In this document: one piece after another, positions 26,652 through 39,800 of the stretch
Numbering within the stretch: position 1 is the first letter of the stretch
How the letters are laid out: each line of letters opens with the position of its first letter
Assembly (NCBI GenBank): GCA_964187785.1
Contig: OZ076414.1
Coordinates: 39,928,001 to 39,992,000 of the forward strand
Direction: 5' to 3'
Source: Amphiscolops sp. MND2022
Taxonomy: Eukaryota
DNA length: 64,000 nucleotides
Program-made: the position numbers and the translations under genes
The notes under the pieces: generated by a model
Told to the model about the DNA's origin: nothing
The model's input: the letters and a program-made list of their open reading frames with translations, nothing else
The model's database searches: none

Positions 26652-27109
26652 TATTATAACGTTTTAACTTGTGGTCAATCAAAAAAGTCGGAAAATTTTC
26701 CCAGTTCGACTGAATGGAACATTTCTAACCATTTGCTGACTTGAAGTTTTTGCTCTATTTTTTCAACACAGCGTACAGAGTGGGCAAGCTGTATGATAGT
26801 TGCTTGGAACTGATTACAAGAATTTTCCAATTATACCCATGTCGTTTCTTCTATTTCTATTCGCGAAACTGGACTTCAGAAGAACCAGTTTCTATCCTTT
26901 ACATTTGCGACACCGTCCTTCAGTTAAATTGACGGAACATAAAATAACGAGGGCATGCCTGGAAGCAAACACTTTCGATGTTTTGTTTTCGAGTGGAGTG
27001 TGACAATTGGACAGAACAATAAACATTCCAAAGTCTCTTTGACTATTGAATCAAGATTCACGAGTCACTCCCAACTAGTTACTGCTTGGATACTGTGCTT
27101 GGAAATATT

Positions 27110-27916
27110 ATGCTTTTGGGAATCATAGTGGCCGTATTGCTTTCAGACGTCGGCTGGGGGATCATTATGGGTCGATCAGCGCCGTACTATCCCTTTTTTG
27201 CTGTCGTTAACAGAGGATCCCACCAATGTGGCGGCACTCTTCTCAGACTTGACGCAGTTTTAACCGCAGCCCATTGTCTTTATTTCGAAACTGAAAAACG
27301 ATGGGCAACTCCACTGGAAGTTTATGTACTCCACGGAGATTTTTCCAAACCTGACAATTGGCAGATAAGGTATCATTCGTGTGAAAAAATCATTATACAT
27401 TATAAGTATGAAGTCGCATCTCAACAAATTCGGAGTTCGTTCAATGCTGCAATCATCAAACTCGAGGACAGAGTGCACACACGAGGGTCTTCACAGCGTA
27501 GAGTGCTTCCTGTGTGCCGTTTTGATGGCGAAAGGTGGAGAAGGAATATATTTGGCGTAGCGATTGGTCTAGGATTAACTAATGTAAATCCAATCGTACG
27601 TCCCGCAAGGCTGATGCAGACATCGTTGCAGATGACAGATTGTCACAATAACAATTCTAGTGGCCAACAAATCAATTTCTCTGCACAACAATGTTACTCT
27701 CTTCTAAGAGGGTCAACTCTGGCCAAAGGTGACTTCGGTGGCCCCATGGTGGTGCAAGATAGAGGTAGGACATCATGTCTCTTGGGTGCTTCCAGCTGCA
27801 CAGTTTATTCTCATACGAACGACCTCTTTACTACTGTCTTTACACCTGCAGGCAATATGCGATATTGGCTGAATAAAGTGTTCCGAGATAACTTTACTGA
27901 CAACTTTCAAACATGA
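27110..27916 (+). CDS. Secreted trypsin-fold (S1) serine protease homologue, predicted catalytically inactive
   Basis: Intact intronless ORF; I use ATG 27110 rather than the track's TTG 27086. Signal-like MLLGIIVAVLLSDVGWG, then IIMG, QCGGTL and LTAAHC (His intact). FNAAIIKL has Asn at the Asp position and GDFGGP has Phe at the Ser position. Confidence 0.9.
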   Translation: MLLGIIVAVLLSDVGWGIIMGRSAPYYPFFAVVNRGSHQCGGTLLRLDAVLTAAHCLYFETEKRWATPLEVYVLHGDFSKPDNWQIRYHSCEKIIIHYKYEVASQQIRSSFNAAIIKLEDRVHTRGSSQRRVLPVCRFDGERWRRNIFGVAIGLGLTNVNPIVRPARLMQTSLQMTDCHNNNSSGQQINFSAQQCYSLLRGSTLAKGDFGGPMVVQDRGRTSCLLGASSCTVYSHTNDLFTTVFTPAGNMRYWLNKVFRDNFTDNFQT

Positions 27917-28462
27917 GAATTATGTTGAAAGAGTATCCATTTTTCAACACAAATGATCCAGAACGAAAGTATCAAACTAACTGCGACCAAAACTGAACGT
28001 AACCCCTGAGTACAAAAGTGAACAGTGGTGTTAGGTTTTTGAGTACTAGTTAAATTAATTCTTAGATTTGAAAAATTGAATGATTTATTTATGAATTCAA
28101 TAATGACTTACATAACCAAGGGTCGAACTATTCGAAAGCAACAGAATGCAGAATATCTTTGAACTGTGCTGCCACTTACTTCCCTTACAGACATCAATGA
28201 CTGTTCAATGAAAGACAAATTTCAGAAGTATCGCTGTTGTAACTCCGCTCTCGGCGTCGCCATGAATGTTCATACTACGAAAACATACGAATAATATCAA
28301 ACAAAGACTGAAAAGCTATTGTTTGGGCATCTTGGACATTTTTAAAAATCGTTAGCTTTCGCATTTTCAAAAAATGCCAAATTGCAACAATTATGTATTC
28401 GAACGTTGTTATTGACCATACTTACCTATAGAATTTTTAAAATCTTGAACTGATAAAAAAAA

Positions 28463-29517
28463 TTACGTTACAACTACAAGAAACTGCACATTTTCAGTTC
28501 TCTGTGATGACGGGAAGGGAGCAAAAGAAATTGTCGCGTGATTTGTGAGAAGGATATCGAAAATTTTGAAAATCCTGTAAACCGGAACACAAGCTGGTGT
28601 TCCAAAAAAAACAACAACCAGTTGAAACGCAACTTTCTTGTTTAAAAGGTAATAGAGAAAATCTAGCCATGCATCTAGTCTATGCATCACTGTCTCCAGA
28701 CCAGGAAAAAAATTAAAGGATGCAGTTATGTAATCAATGTAAGCTTGTGACATAATCATGGTCCTAAAGTAAAAAAAGGTTGCTTTTTGACGTTTGTTTT
28801 CAAATTTCAGAGCTACCAGTTTAATACCTTACACTCGGGGCAATCGTCAGCAACGAGTAACAATTAAAAAAACATAGGCGCAACTGCCATTGCGCGACGG
28901 CTCCGAGCAGACGATCTCTTCGAGGCTTCAAATTATTCAACAAGGAAAAATAGATACCAGCTTGTGTCCAGGGATCATATGATCTTTCATTGTATTATGT
29001 CAGAGAGCGTTAGCTAGGTTACTTGTATGTAACGATCACCTATCAAGTCTGAGGATTCGAAAACTTTTCTGAAAATTTCGTTCAAGGGACTAGATGCCCT
29101 CCCCTGAAAAGTCATATTCCGCTGGGGGATACCCTGTCTTTTTTCAAGGACCTGTCCGCAGAATCAAAGAGGATTTGAATGAGAGAATCAAAAGAGACCC
29201 CATCCCGAACGAGACGACTCAGAAGAATCGCGGCAGATGTCAGAAAAGAACTCATTTTCTGCCAACACGGACTGAACTTTGTTCTTTATTCAAAACGGCG
29301 CTTTTATTAGCAAATCGCTACAAGATGCAGTGATTACCCGAAATGAGTCAATCAGCTTGACCAAGCATCCGTGCTTGTGTCCCCCACTAATTGCTGCCTC
29401 AGAAGTGCTAATTATGCAGTAAATTACATAATTTGTTGTGATAATAGCACGTGAGCTACTTGTTTCGATTTCCTCAGTGACTACGAAAAAACACGATTTT
29501 TCCTTTTCCACCTCCAT
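28463..29517 (-). pseudogene. Possible degenerate rhodopsin-like GPCR fragments
   Basis: By eye only: ASCSDLL (TM2-like), GDRYIQ (DRY-like), RRAMAVAPMFFNCYSLL (TM6-like) and RLDAWLDFLYYLLNKKV (TM7-like), plus a plausible gtaagg...ttttactttag intron (~28843-28764). There is too little room for TM4-5. Confidence 0.3.
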
Positions 29518-30076
29518 TTTTTAAAGGCTATCTAAGCGTTGGTTCCGACGGAAAAGCGCAATTCGCGTTACCGGTAGCAATTACAGACTGGAACAGGCCG
29601 GTGAGCACTTCCTAAGAAGCGGAATCCTCCTCTGACAGGGACAGTTTTTACCCGAAGGTGGCAAAATGGATTCATGGCCATGGGCGCCTGTCCCGGGCAA
29701 ATACCCATGCCATGTCTTCGTCCCACTCTTATGGCTACGGCGACAATGGTGAGAGTTTGTTGCTACAGTAAGAGACGATGTGGTTTATAGTAATCTCTGC
29801 GGCAGTAGACGCTAGATAAAGCATTTAACATAAACCGAAATTTTGCAGCTACACAAGTGAACTGTCAACCCCAAATAAGAATAGGTGCTATTGACACGAT
29901 TACCATTTGGAAGTAGGGAAAAACAACAAATTTACAATTGATCGAACAAACTTGAGTATCGAAACGTTCTTGATTTATAATTTTCTCATCAAAATGTCGA
30001 GACGTTTTGATTTTCAAAGTTGGACACCTACTCAGGTGTGATATCAGGTGGAAATACCGCTGATACATCAGAAGTG

Positions 30077-31410
30077 ACAAGCGAGAACACGCTTAGGAAT
30101 TGTTTAAAAAACCTAAAACTTTCCGATTTTCAGCAACCATTTTCCCGATGACGAATAATTTTAGGATGAAGCTTTCACCAGATTGAATATAACTTCTGCC
30201 GTGTCAGTTGTTCCTTATATTGGGCCGGTGTGAGGTGGTTCAAGTAGTGAAATTAGCAAACAGTAAAGTTATCGAAAAATTCATTTGAAGCTAATAAAAT
30301 CGCGCCGAAAGAAAATTTTCGTAGAAGTTTTGCATTGTCAGCAGAATAAATCAATGGTAGTAGTTTTTGGGATAATTCGGATAGCTTCGGAGCAATGGTT
30401 GGTCGGAAAATGGCCCAAGCATGTACAAAAAAATGTCAAAATACGCGTAAATGTTTTTTCGCAAACACACCTGAAAAAAAATCCATTTAAATTGCCATTT
30501 TTCAACGCCCAGTAGAAAAACCTTCAGCCATTGAAATGAGGGGTCTTGATACATCAGCTGACGCCTATGTTTGGCCGGTTTGATGTGGTTTGTTATTCGA
30601 AAATAGGCAAAAGCGGGAAAAATTTATCAGAAATTTCACCTTTCCGAAGCTTAAAAAATCGCGCTGGCCTAAAAATGTCGGAAAATCTCCGCGAGGGCCC
30701 AGGAGTAATGGGTTCTATGGAAGTGCTCCCAAGCACCCCCATTTGCTTGGGGTACGTCAAAATACACATTTTTTCGCAAAAAAACGATATCTTTTTAGAA
30801 AGAAACCCAAAAAATTTCCATTTTTTTCGTCATTTTCTCAACGACCAATGATCGTAGGATAATGAGATTTTCATGAGCTTAGAGAAGATATCCTCTTGCG
30901 TTGTTCGGTACTAATTATGAGCCGGTTCGATGTTTAAGTAGTAAAATTGAGCAAAATCTACATTTAGAATTTTTTCGCGAAATACCCCATAAAGTTTCCG
31001 AATTTCAATCGCCATTTTCTCAAAGCTCAATAATTGTAAGCTCGAAGATAATGAAAGTTTCACGAAATTAAAGAAGACATCTTTTTGCGTCAGTTGGTAC
31101 CTATTTTGAGGCGGTTCGATATGGTTCAAGTGGTAAAATTACGCGAAATCGAAAAAACCCTAAAAAGTTTTGCAAAAATCATGTTTTCGAAGCTAATTAA
31201 ATCGCCCGAGCGCAAAATTTTTGAAACCTTCTTACATGACCAGAAAAGGCATTCAGTTGCAGTTCTGTTTCTTAAGTTTTGAAATGTCTCGGAGAGTTAG
31301 GCTTGAAGAAAAATAGCCGAAACGTTTACTAATGCTGAGGGATGTCACGTTTTGGCGAAAAAAACCAGACGCAAACAACAAGGCATCTCGCTTCGCTCGT
31401 CCCCTTGAAA
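30077..31410. repeat. Degenerate ~175-190-bp tandem repeat array, possibly a HINE-like element
   Basis: Core gtcagttg...gccggttcgatgtggttcaagtagtaaaatt recurs near 30205, 30555, 30900 and 31090. A stem-loop plus CTTGT end lies on the minus strand at 30077, and ggcatctcgcttcgctcgt lies at the other end. Confidence 0.5.
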
Positions 31411-32099
31411 ATCAGAGTTGAGCGAAGGTGGGCTCAATGCGACTTTCCGATGCAGGCCAACCTTGTAGTTTGTGAATGTGCTTAGCAACAACGGGATACG
31501 AATTTCCGGCGACTGATTTGCTAATATCTTCCGCTAAACATTTCATATCCTAATATCCCCGGGTGCGATTCTCCAATTCCTTGAATTTCACTAAAGCTCA
31601 TACGACCATTCGTGATATTGAATACAATAAGCGCAATTGCGTGAAAAGAGCACTACAAACCTTAAAGTCAATCACATTGCTAGTTTAATGAAAAATCGAT
31701 CGATTGTTGTTAAATATTACGAAAGAATTGTTTCCTACTAGGTCTGAACACTCAATCACCTAGAAGTCATCACGAAAATCGCATTGCCGACTCGAACAAT
31801 ATGACGAAAAACCGAAAATCATAGCACTCACAGAAACTTGACCAAAATATCCTTTGAAAACGTGCTTGGGTTTCTATATACACGAAACGCGAAAATACAG
31901 ACGGATCGATTATCATAGTGATATTGAATGTGCTATAATCGAAGTGTGCTTCAGCTACAGCCAATATAGAAAAAAATTTTGGTATACAGATTTTTGGTTA
32001 TAAAATGTCTCATTTCTTGTCGGTAGTTGCGAACGATATGCAGTTCCTGCGTATGTTGAAATTTTTGTTTGGAGATTTCAAAATTGACTGTCTAAAGCA

Positions 32100-34060
32100 C
32101 TCACTGGACAGAACGAACTACCAGAAAATTCTTTCGGCAAACAATTACAAAGGCAAAACTATGACCCTACACGGGTAGTCGCCACGTCATCTACCTGCAT
32201 TGATCATCTGAAAACCACTTATTAAGTTAAACATAAATCATTACTATGTTTTGGACAAAATATCAAGCAATCCGAAATCTATCAACGTTAAGAAACATTT
32301 TACAAAAGTCGAAACCTCATCGAACTCCTTGTTTCTATTAGACAAGGTGTTTAGAACTTTAATCCTGAGGGTGACAACGTCCTTGTAAAGATTCTGAAAA
32401 CAAAATAAGAATGCGTTTCCAAGTTTTTATCTTTGTCAACCGTCATAATACATTACAACGAGAATGATTGGATCAAGAATGTGAGTAGGAACGCTATAGC
32501 AAGAACAGACAAACTCTTCCAAAATTGGGTTCAATCAACGAGTGAAAATAAGTAACAAAGAAAATTAGTTACATCACTAATCACAAGTGCTAAGCGCAAT
32601 TGTAACTACAAAACAACTCGGAAATAATCCCTTCAGTAAAACCAAGTAACGCACACTGAAATATCCACTGGCAGAAGATGAACACGAAAAAAGAATCTCA
32701 GACATCAAAAAACCTAATTATTATTCCATAGGCATTGGACGAAACCTTTCATCAGAAGTCCCAGAAAACAACCGGTGAGTAAACCTAACAACATATGAAA
32801 AGACAGGCAATGGTACTCACTTAATGTGAAGGAAATGAAAGGTGCTAGTAGCAAGAAGTGTAATGGTCATGACGGATTGAGCAACGAAATGCCGAAACAC
32901 GGTTCTCCAGTATTTGGACAAATATTTGTGTGAAGCTTTCAAAATGAGCATCTCGGAAAAAAAATTTCGGAAAGCCTGAAACTAGCGAAGCCTGTTCCTA
33001 ATCTCAAAAAAAAAGAGAAAAAGTTTCTTCCGAGAACTAAGGGCGAAGAAATTTGTTACGTTCTATTGGCAAAGTCTTTGAAAAACAGGTCCTAAAAACA
33101 CAATTTGTTTGCAATGGAGGAGTTTGGGTTCCGAAAGAAAAGATCGTTCGTTCTTGTCATCACAGCACTGAGAACAAAGTACATAATGGAAAAATTGACA
33201 GAACGTCACCGTGTTTATTCGATCTCCGGAAAGCCACTGATACCATATATCTTTCGTTATAATTGAAAAAAATACATGCATATGGTCACAGAGGACCATT
33301 CTTCGAAATTTTGATTTTGCCAATAGATACCAAAAAATAGAGACTGTTACCGATATGATTGATAAATCATCGACCAAAAGGATCAATCATTCCTTGTTTT
33401 TTAGTCTTTATCAATGATTTGACCAGTTGTCTTAGAAATAGTAGCAAAATAGCCATTTTCGCCGACGATGCTTCTACTGAGAAAGTTGGCCCCGAAACCA
33501 ATGTTGATTACAGACGGACTCGGGTCGAATGAACAACCTGTTTTGTACAACACACTGTCCATACATATTCTGGAAATTGAAGTCCAGATTATTGGGATTG
33601 GTTTACCGAAGGATTTAACACTAAAAAATGAGCAACTTCATAAGCGAAACGCATGTAAATACATTGGAGAAGACTTAGATGAACACCTAGTCTGTTATGA
33701 TCACATTGAGCACACCGTTAAGAAGTTTAATCAACTCAGTGGGATGATTTAAAAAATTCGCGAGATTTGCCGCATGAAGTGCTATTTAAAACTCAAAAAT
33801 TCCTTCGCAAAATCAAAAATTTCTCAAGGAATAGTGACTTATGGGAATGCAGCGAAAGAAATCCCTATTAAATTTAGAATGCTCAACAACAAATACACAA
33901 ATACTGCGTTCATTGTTTGTCAGAAATAAGTATGATAGTGTTGAGTATACAATTGAACGGAAACAAATTATCACTGCATTCGAAAAATACCTAAAGGAGC
34001 TTTTCACAGAAGTTTTCAAACTATTGAGAATGGAATGAATACAGCTGATAATCATTCATG
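32100..34060 (+). mobile_element. Decayed CR1/L2-like LINE ORF2 (endonuclease end and RT)
   Basis: PTRVVATSSTCIDH (APE C-terminus, ~32165), GHDGLSNE, LLRSIGKVFEK, FDLRKATDTI, FINDL...IAIFADD (33458-33469) and HIEHTVKKFNQLSGMI. Confidence 0.85.
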
Positions 34061-36435
34061 TTATACTAGAAGGAGCCAAAAAAACTGTTACCTATACCCT
34101 ACAGTCTGAATGTTACTGAACCGAAATCGATTAAAACAGATTACAGCAGACATACCACTGGCTAAAAGACAGGGTTTTGATACCCTAAAATATCAAGCGT
34201 TTGAGTAACTCGCAAATATCTATAGAACTCGAAACAATATTCGGAACGTTATGTCTTAGGTAGTAATGTTAGCATATCGATCTTCAATACACTTTCATGA
34301 CTCATTCATTTGCTCATTCGACTGAGTTATTAACATTGAGGAATTGCTTGAACTTTTCTCTTGCAATCTTTCACATTTTGTTGATGTGGGGCACAACCTA
34401 GAAGAGCTTTTTAAGCTCGTTTTCTGCGTGGACTGGATGACATGTTTTTGCACTCAATGAATTCCTGTTATCTTATATTATTGTATATCCTTTCAAATAA
34501 TATTTCTTTACCTATAGTTTCGAAAAAGTCACGAAAATCGATTACAAACAGCATCAAATCTCTCCTCAGAAAAGGGCACAGTAATATTTAGCTTTGTGGA
34601 AACCGTAGCCAACAACTTCAGAGTTCAATAATTAAGACAAATTTGAATACCTATACACTCCTGATAAATCTTTAAACAGAGCACAAGACCACTGTGGCGC
34701 TTTACAACTCCTCTGATTTTTCTTCGACTACGGAAAAGGCTATTACTAAGTTGGCATTCCTGTGACGTTTCGCATTCGTATTTCAATGCGGGAGACGCTC
34801 TCTCGGCGTACGAAAATATAATCATTTCAATAAACTCGGCGTAAGAGTTGTTATCCATTGGTTCCACGATCTCAGTGAAAGTGCTCATTCGAGAAGAAAA
34901 TAAACTTGCTAAAAATAAGCCACTCAGAACTGGCTTGGACGAGCCACTCAAAACTGCGTAAAGAACTGGGTTGATGAAACGGTCTTAGAAGAAATATCAC
35001 TAAACAGCTTCTGTAACATTGCACCTGTTGTAAACAAGGAAAATGTTGTAAGTTTGCGCAAAAAATGATTTATTAATGTAAAGAAGAGGAAAATTGTGAC
35101 AAATCTTAAATTTTGTGGCTCTTTTGGGGCACTTTTTAAAAATGCCAATCAATTTTTTTGGTCAAATGAACATCCCTGATGGCTGAGTCTATCATATAGA
35201 AACTCTGTGGATATTTGAGCTAACAAAAAATTCCCAAACCCATAATAAAATTGTTTTAAAAATGGAAATGTTTTCAATTTCGGAGTTGTTTTGAGGTAAT
35301 TTGGAGACACTTTTTTACGGAATTGAGACCAAAAACTTGAAACTTGAGCAAGCAGTCTGGATAGTTAGTTTGTTTGGTTGAAATGGTTCAAAGTTGGGAA
35401 GGTTCGTTATCGTTTACATTTTTTGGGGGCGGGCAATTTGACACAATTTTCTGCAAAATTTTTTGGATTTCCTTTCAAAAAAGAATTTTGGCTAGCCTTT
35501 TTTGTCCCGAATGTTCCAATTGACAAAAATGTACTGAAACCATAGAAATAAAATGCTTAAAATCCTAGAACACTTAAAAAAATTTTGAAACTTTCGTATT
35601 TTTTAGTAATTCAGGGTCACCCAAAACTGCCAGGAAGATCTTTCAAAGAAATTTGGCACAAAACTGAGTTTAAGTCAGATGGTATTATGGGTGGAACCCT
35701 ACAATTTGGGCCTAATAAAATAAGATGGCAATATTTGGGACATTCACGCCTGCTGAGCAGTGAGAAATTTTCCGCCTATAGTTTTGAACTCATATCATTT
35801 TGCTTTGAAAACCACAGAAAGAATGTTTTTCCAAGTGAAGTATGTTTAGTAGCAAAACAATTTGATATTGAACTCCATGGATCTTCAAACATGCTGGGAA
35901 TGGCAAAAAAGCTTGAGAACGATGTTTATTCGGTTTTATTGGGCGTTTTGTGTATTTTGAAAGAACATCGTCACACTCCTCACTATGTTAGAGAAGGAAT
36001 TATTGTGTCTTCAAACACGTTCAGTATTCACATCCAGCTAAAAGTTGTGCCGAAATTGAGTAACTATTGCAAGCAGTATCGGGCATAGTCAGATGTTTTG
36101 ATGTAGACATTCACGATGTTTAACTTGAAGGAAAGTCAGCTTTAGGGGCCTTTTCTGAAACAAAACTGCAAATCTCTCTTTCCTGAAAACGAACCGTATA
36201 GATAGATATTTCGTTCGTCTTTCGTTTCTCCACCTAAGAACATCAAAAATCTCTTTTGAAAAAACTTTACGACAGTTTGTGTCAAAGTGAACGCCCTGTA
36301 TGATCTAATCCTTGAAAACATTCGAAAACTGAACAAAAATTTGACATCATGGTCAAAAAGTGTAAATGTGTATTTTGGCGTAATCTCGGGGCATTTTTGT
36401 CCATAAACTCAAATCTGCTCGTCGTAATTGGTAAC

Positions 36436-36838
36436 TGTCACAACCTCAGCGTGGTGAGGAAAACAACTCTGAGGAAGCGTGAGAGGGAAAGAATGGCAGA
36501 AGCCAACAAAATTACCTACCGTCAACCTAAAACTGAACTATTCATACATATTTATAAAAGCAGTTTATATACCTTGACAGTAAACATAACCGCACCTGAA
36601 AAGAAAACAAACAAAACAAAGGAAACAGCACAAACTCGAGATGCGAGTATCACGCTGACCACGAAATGATTATTGAAAAAGTTGCCTGGGACGCTGCTTC
36701 ACAATTCAGCAACGCTCTCAGCCAATCACAAGCGTGCAAGGAACAGCACCGAGCAACCAGCAGCAAAACTACCAGGTAGCACTTTAGTCAGAGAAAGCTG
36801 ACGCAGCAGCCTAAATCAACTGTGCGGTTGACTTAACA
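36436..36838 (-). repeat. Putative 3' LTR of Gypsy D
   Basis: TGTT...TGACA-bounded 403 bp with CCAAT-like and TATATAAA motifs, about 130 bp downstream of the last ORF. No matching 5' LTR was found. Confidence 0.45.
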
Positions 36839-39800
36839 AATCTGTGCTATCATTTATCGAAAGAAGAGAACTTTTAGGTTAACAAAATGGTAGGAAACAA
36901 CTGGAGAAAAGTATTGGGAATTAATTATCGATGTAATTGAGTGTCTTAAGGTGTTGGTGCTAATTAGTACAACCGGAGCATTTTTTTATCTGAGTCAACG
37001 CCCCAGGCAGCAATCTCAATTTCGGAATACTGGGACCTGTTTGGAAGATTTCGTCCAGTTTTAGTAAGTTACATGGTTGTGAATTGTTGACGATAATTAA
37101 ATGGGATGCATATATGTGATATTAAAACGACCAAGTGATGGACAATACTATACCCAACCAGCCAAGCATATTGGTAAATATTATTTGTGATGACGTGCTC
37201 AAATCAAAATTCCAGGCAGTCTGCTGGCTTCGAATGATTAGGTAGGTACCCGGGACGACCTGGATGTATTGTTACTTGTTTCAACAATTTGTTGTTCAGG
37301 AGTGATTTCTTAAGGCATTATTAACTAATTTGGAGAAGCTGAAGAGCATTGTTTTATTTTATTTAAATGATTAAACTGTTCAACGTGTTGGTTGAATGTT
37401 AAGCTTGAGTTTTCGACTGGGGCGACCATTGAAGCGCATTTAGCCAATTATCCTACTGGTATTGTGTCCCGAAATCATTTTGCATTCTGAAGGGTTTAAT
37501 CCTTTCAGCTATACAATCAGTGAGGTGTGTGTACAGTTTGGATTTTCATATTGAAGTGTTTGTTGCGTTGACATTCAAGACAATCATGTATAAAACTAGA
37601 TGAACATTTTTGAGAAAAGGAATGTAATATTATGGGAAAGTATCATAAGTAATTTTTGTACCTGTATGACATGGTTCGTGAAAATTCCCGAAGGCAGTCT
37701 TGAAAAGAGTGAAGGAGAGACAAGTTTTGATGTCTTTTTGATTTTGGGAGATGTATAGGGTTGTGTTTCAGACGAAAAATTGTTAATTGTATAGAGGAAA
37801 ATGAGGTTGCTGAAATCGTCCTAAACACGTTGTGAAACGATTTTGTAATAAGCCTGTAAAAATAGACTTCCAGTGATTGAAGGTGTTAGAGTTCCAGGTT
37901 AGGTTTTTTGAGAGAATCAAGAGTATACTGCTTCAAGAAATGTAACCTGGGAGTGTTGTTGTTGAAATGTTTGGAGGTCTAATGTGTAGTCATTAGGTAA
38001 AATGAAACTTTGAAACTAATGAACAGAGCGTAGACAATTTTGTATGTACTACGACATCAATAGCAGAAGTAGATGTAGTTACAATATCGGCTTTTAGGTT
38101 GGCAACAGTAGATAAAGTTTCATCAGGAAGAGTATTGTCTGAAATGAAAGGTGTCTTATATGAAAAATATATATATGGTCTTCGTCATAACTCTGGTATC
38201 TGTGTCATTCAGTAGGAGTCGTTATTGATGAAAAGATCCTATTATTTTTTAGTAGGAGTTTTGAACTTTGTTTGAAAGGAAGTAAAGGATTTGAAAGAGA
38301 AAGAGTCTAGAGGTTTGACAAAAACATCTTTGCATTTGTCTATACTACGTATAGAGAATTTAACTGTGCCATAATCAGCAAAAAATGAAAGAGAATCCTG
38401 CTTTTGATGGGGTTATCTTTCTTCATCTTCAATCAAGTAGTACACAGGTTTTGAAGGGTTATTTTGTAGTATAGCCAAGTCAATTTGTGGGAAGTTGTTT
38501 CTGTTAAAGTTGATTGATTTGTGAGTCAGCTGTTGTGAAAGAGCGGCGGAGCATGTCTGCAACAGATCGATTTTCTCCAGGTGTGCGAACAATTTCGAGT
38601 TTGGAGAACTTTGGTAACCCGCATTTGTGCACAAAATAATCGTGGAGTTAGGTTGCCAAGTGGAATTAGAATGTAAAAGAAGTTTGTGAACAGAAAAAAC
38701 ATAAATTGGATGCGAGGATCCAACTATGAGGAATTCATTGATTTGAAGAGCGTGTACTATACCAAGGAGTTCGCGCGCTATTGTGGAATTCGAGAAATAT
38801 AAGAAATAACTTTCATTTGGTTTTCTTCATTGAGTTAGAAAATAACAGCGCCTAATCCATTTACTGAAGCGTCAACTGTGATAAAAAGGTGGGTGTTTGG
38901 TATTGAGAATTGTAAGTTCGATTTCAGAAGTGAGACCAGTTTTTAGTTTTTGGAAAAGACGTTCATGATCTGGTGTCCATTTCCATGGAGTGTGTTCGAG
39001 TAAAAGATCAAGGAAGGGCTCAATATTCACATTCATTGTTTCATTTTTTTGGTACATTGCTTTTCATTATTTTTGGTGTAGAAATTGAGCAGCGATGAAA
39101 CTCAGTAGCTCGATTTTTCCAGTGGGAGAAAGAAGTCTGTGGATAGCTGCATGTTTCGAATGTGTAGATTCGATTGTATTATAACCAATTATTTGTCGCA
39201 AAATTAAACTTTCAGAAGCATAAAAAGTCTCAGGAGCAAGTTGTTGGCTGTGTTCAGTGCTAATTATATGGAGTTGTACAATACGTCCGAGCATTTAGTC
39301 ATTAGAGTTTGAAAGGGAAAGAATATTGTCATTGTAGACGAGAGCAAAGCTTTGTTCAATTGAATTTTAACAAAAAGTGACATTTGTTTTGTGAAAAAAA
39401 ATTAGAAGACCCTTGAGACCATAAAAGCCTCGGATGAAAGCAACAAGTTTGTCACGAGAAATGAAGCTTCTTCGTTTTGTAGTTTCTTCCTCGAGAGGTG
39501 TATGTGCATTGGCATACGCGAAGTCTTGTTAGCGCGTACCAGTTTAGGAGCAAAAGGTTCAACAGGCCAAGATTCATTTGAATGATCTGTATTTGAATTG
39601 AGGTGTCTGGCATCTAAAATACTTTTGATGAAGTCTCTTCTAGATAATATAATAAGAGGATTTAAAGATGAAGATCCATCATGGGTTTATCGTCTGGAGA
39701 AGAACCAATTCAATTAATTATAAAATGTTTTTCAAATTCTTGAAGAAGAGCATTAACTTCATCGCGATCGATAAAGAATTGGTGCTTTGGAAGTACGTTG

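Noticed and set aside
34625-34951. 108-aa minus-strand ORF as a host exon
   Set aside because: It has no motif, a TTG start and no supportable splice model.
35585-36088. 167-aa ORF as a gene
   Set aside because: It has a TTG start, its first half overlaps AT-rich repeat-like sequence, and it has no recognisable motif.
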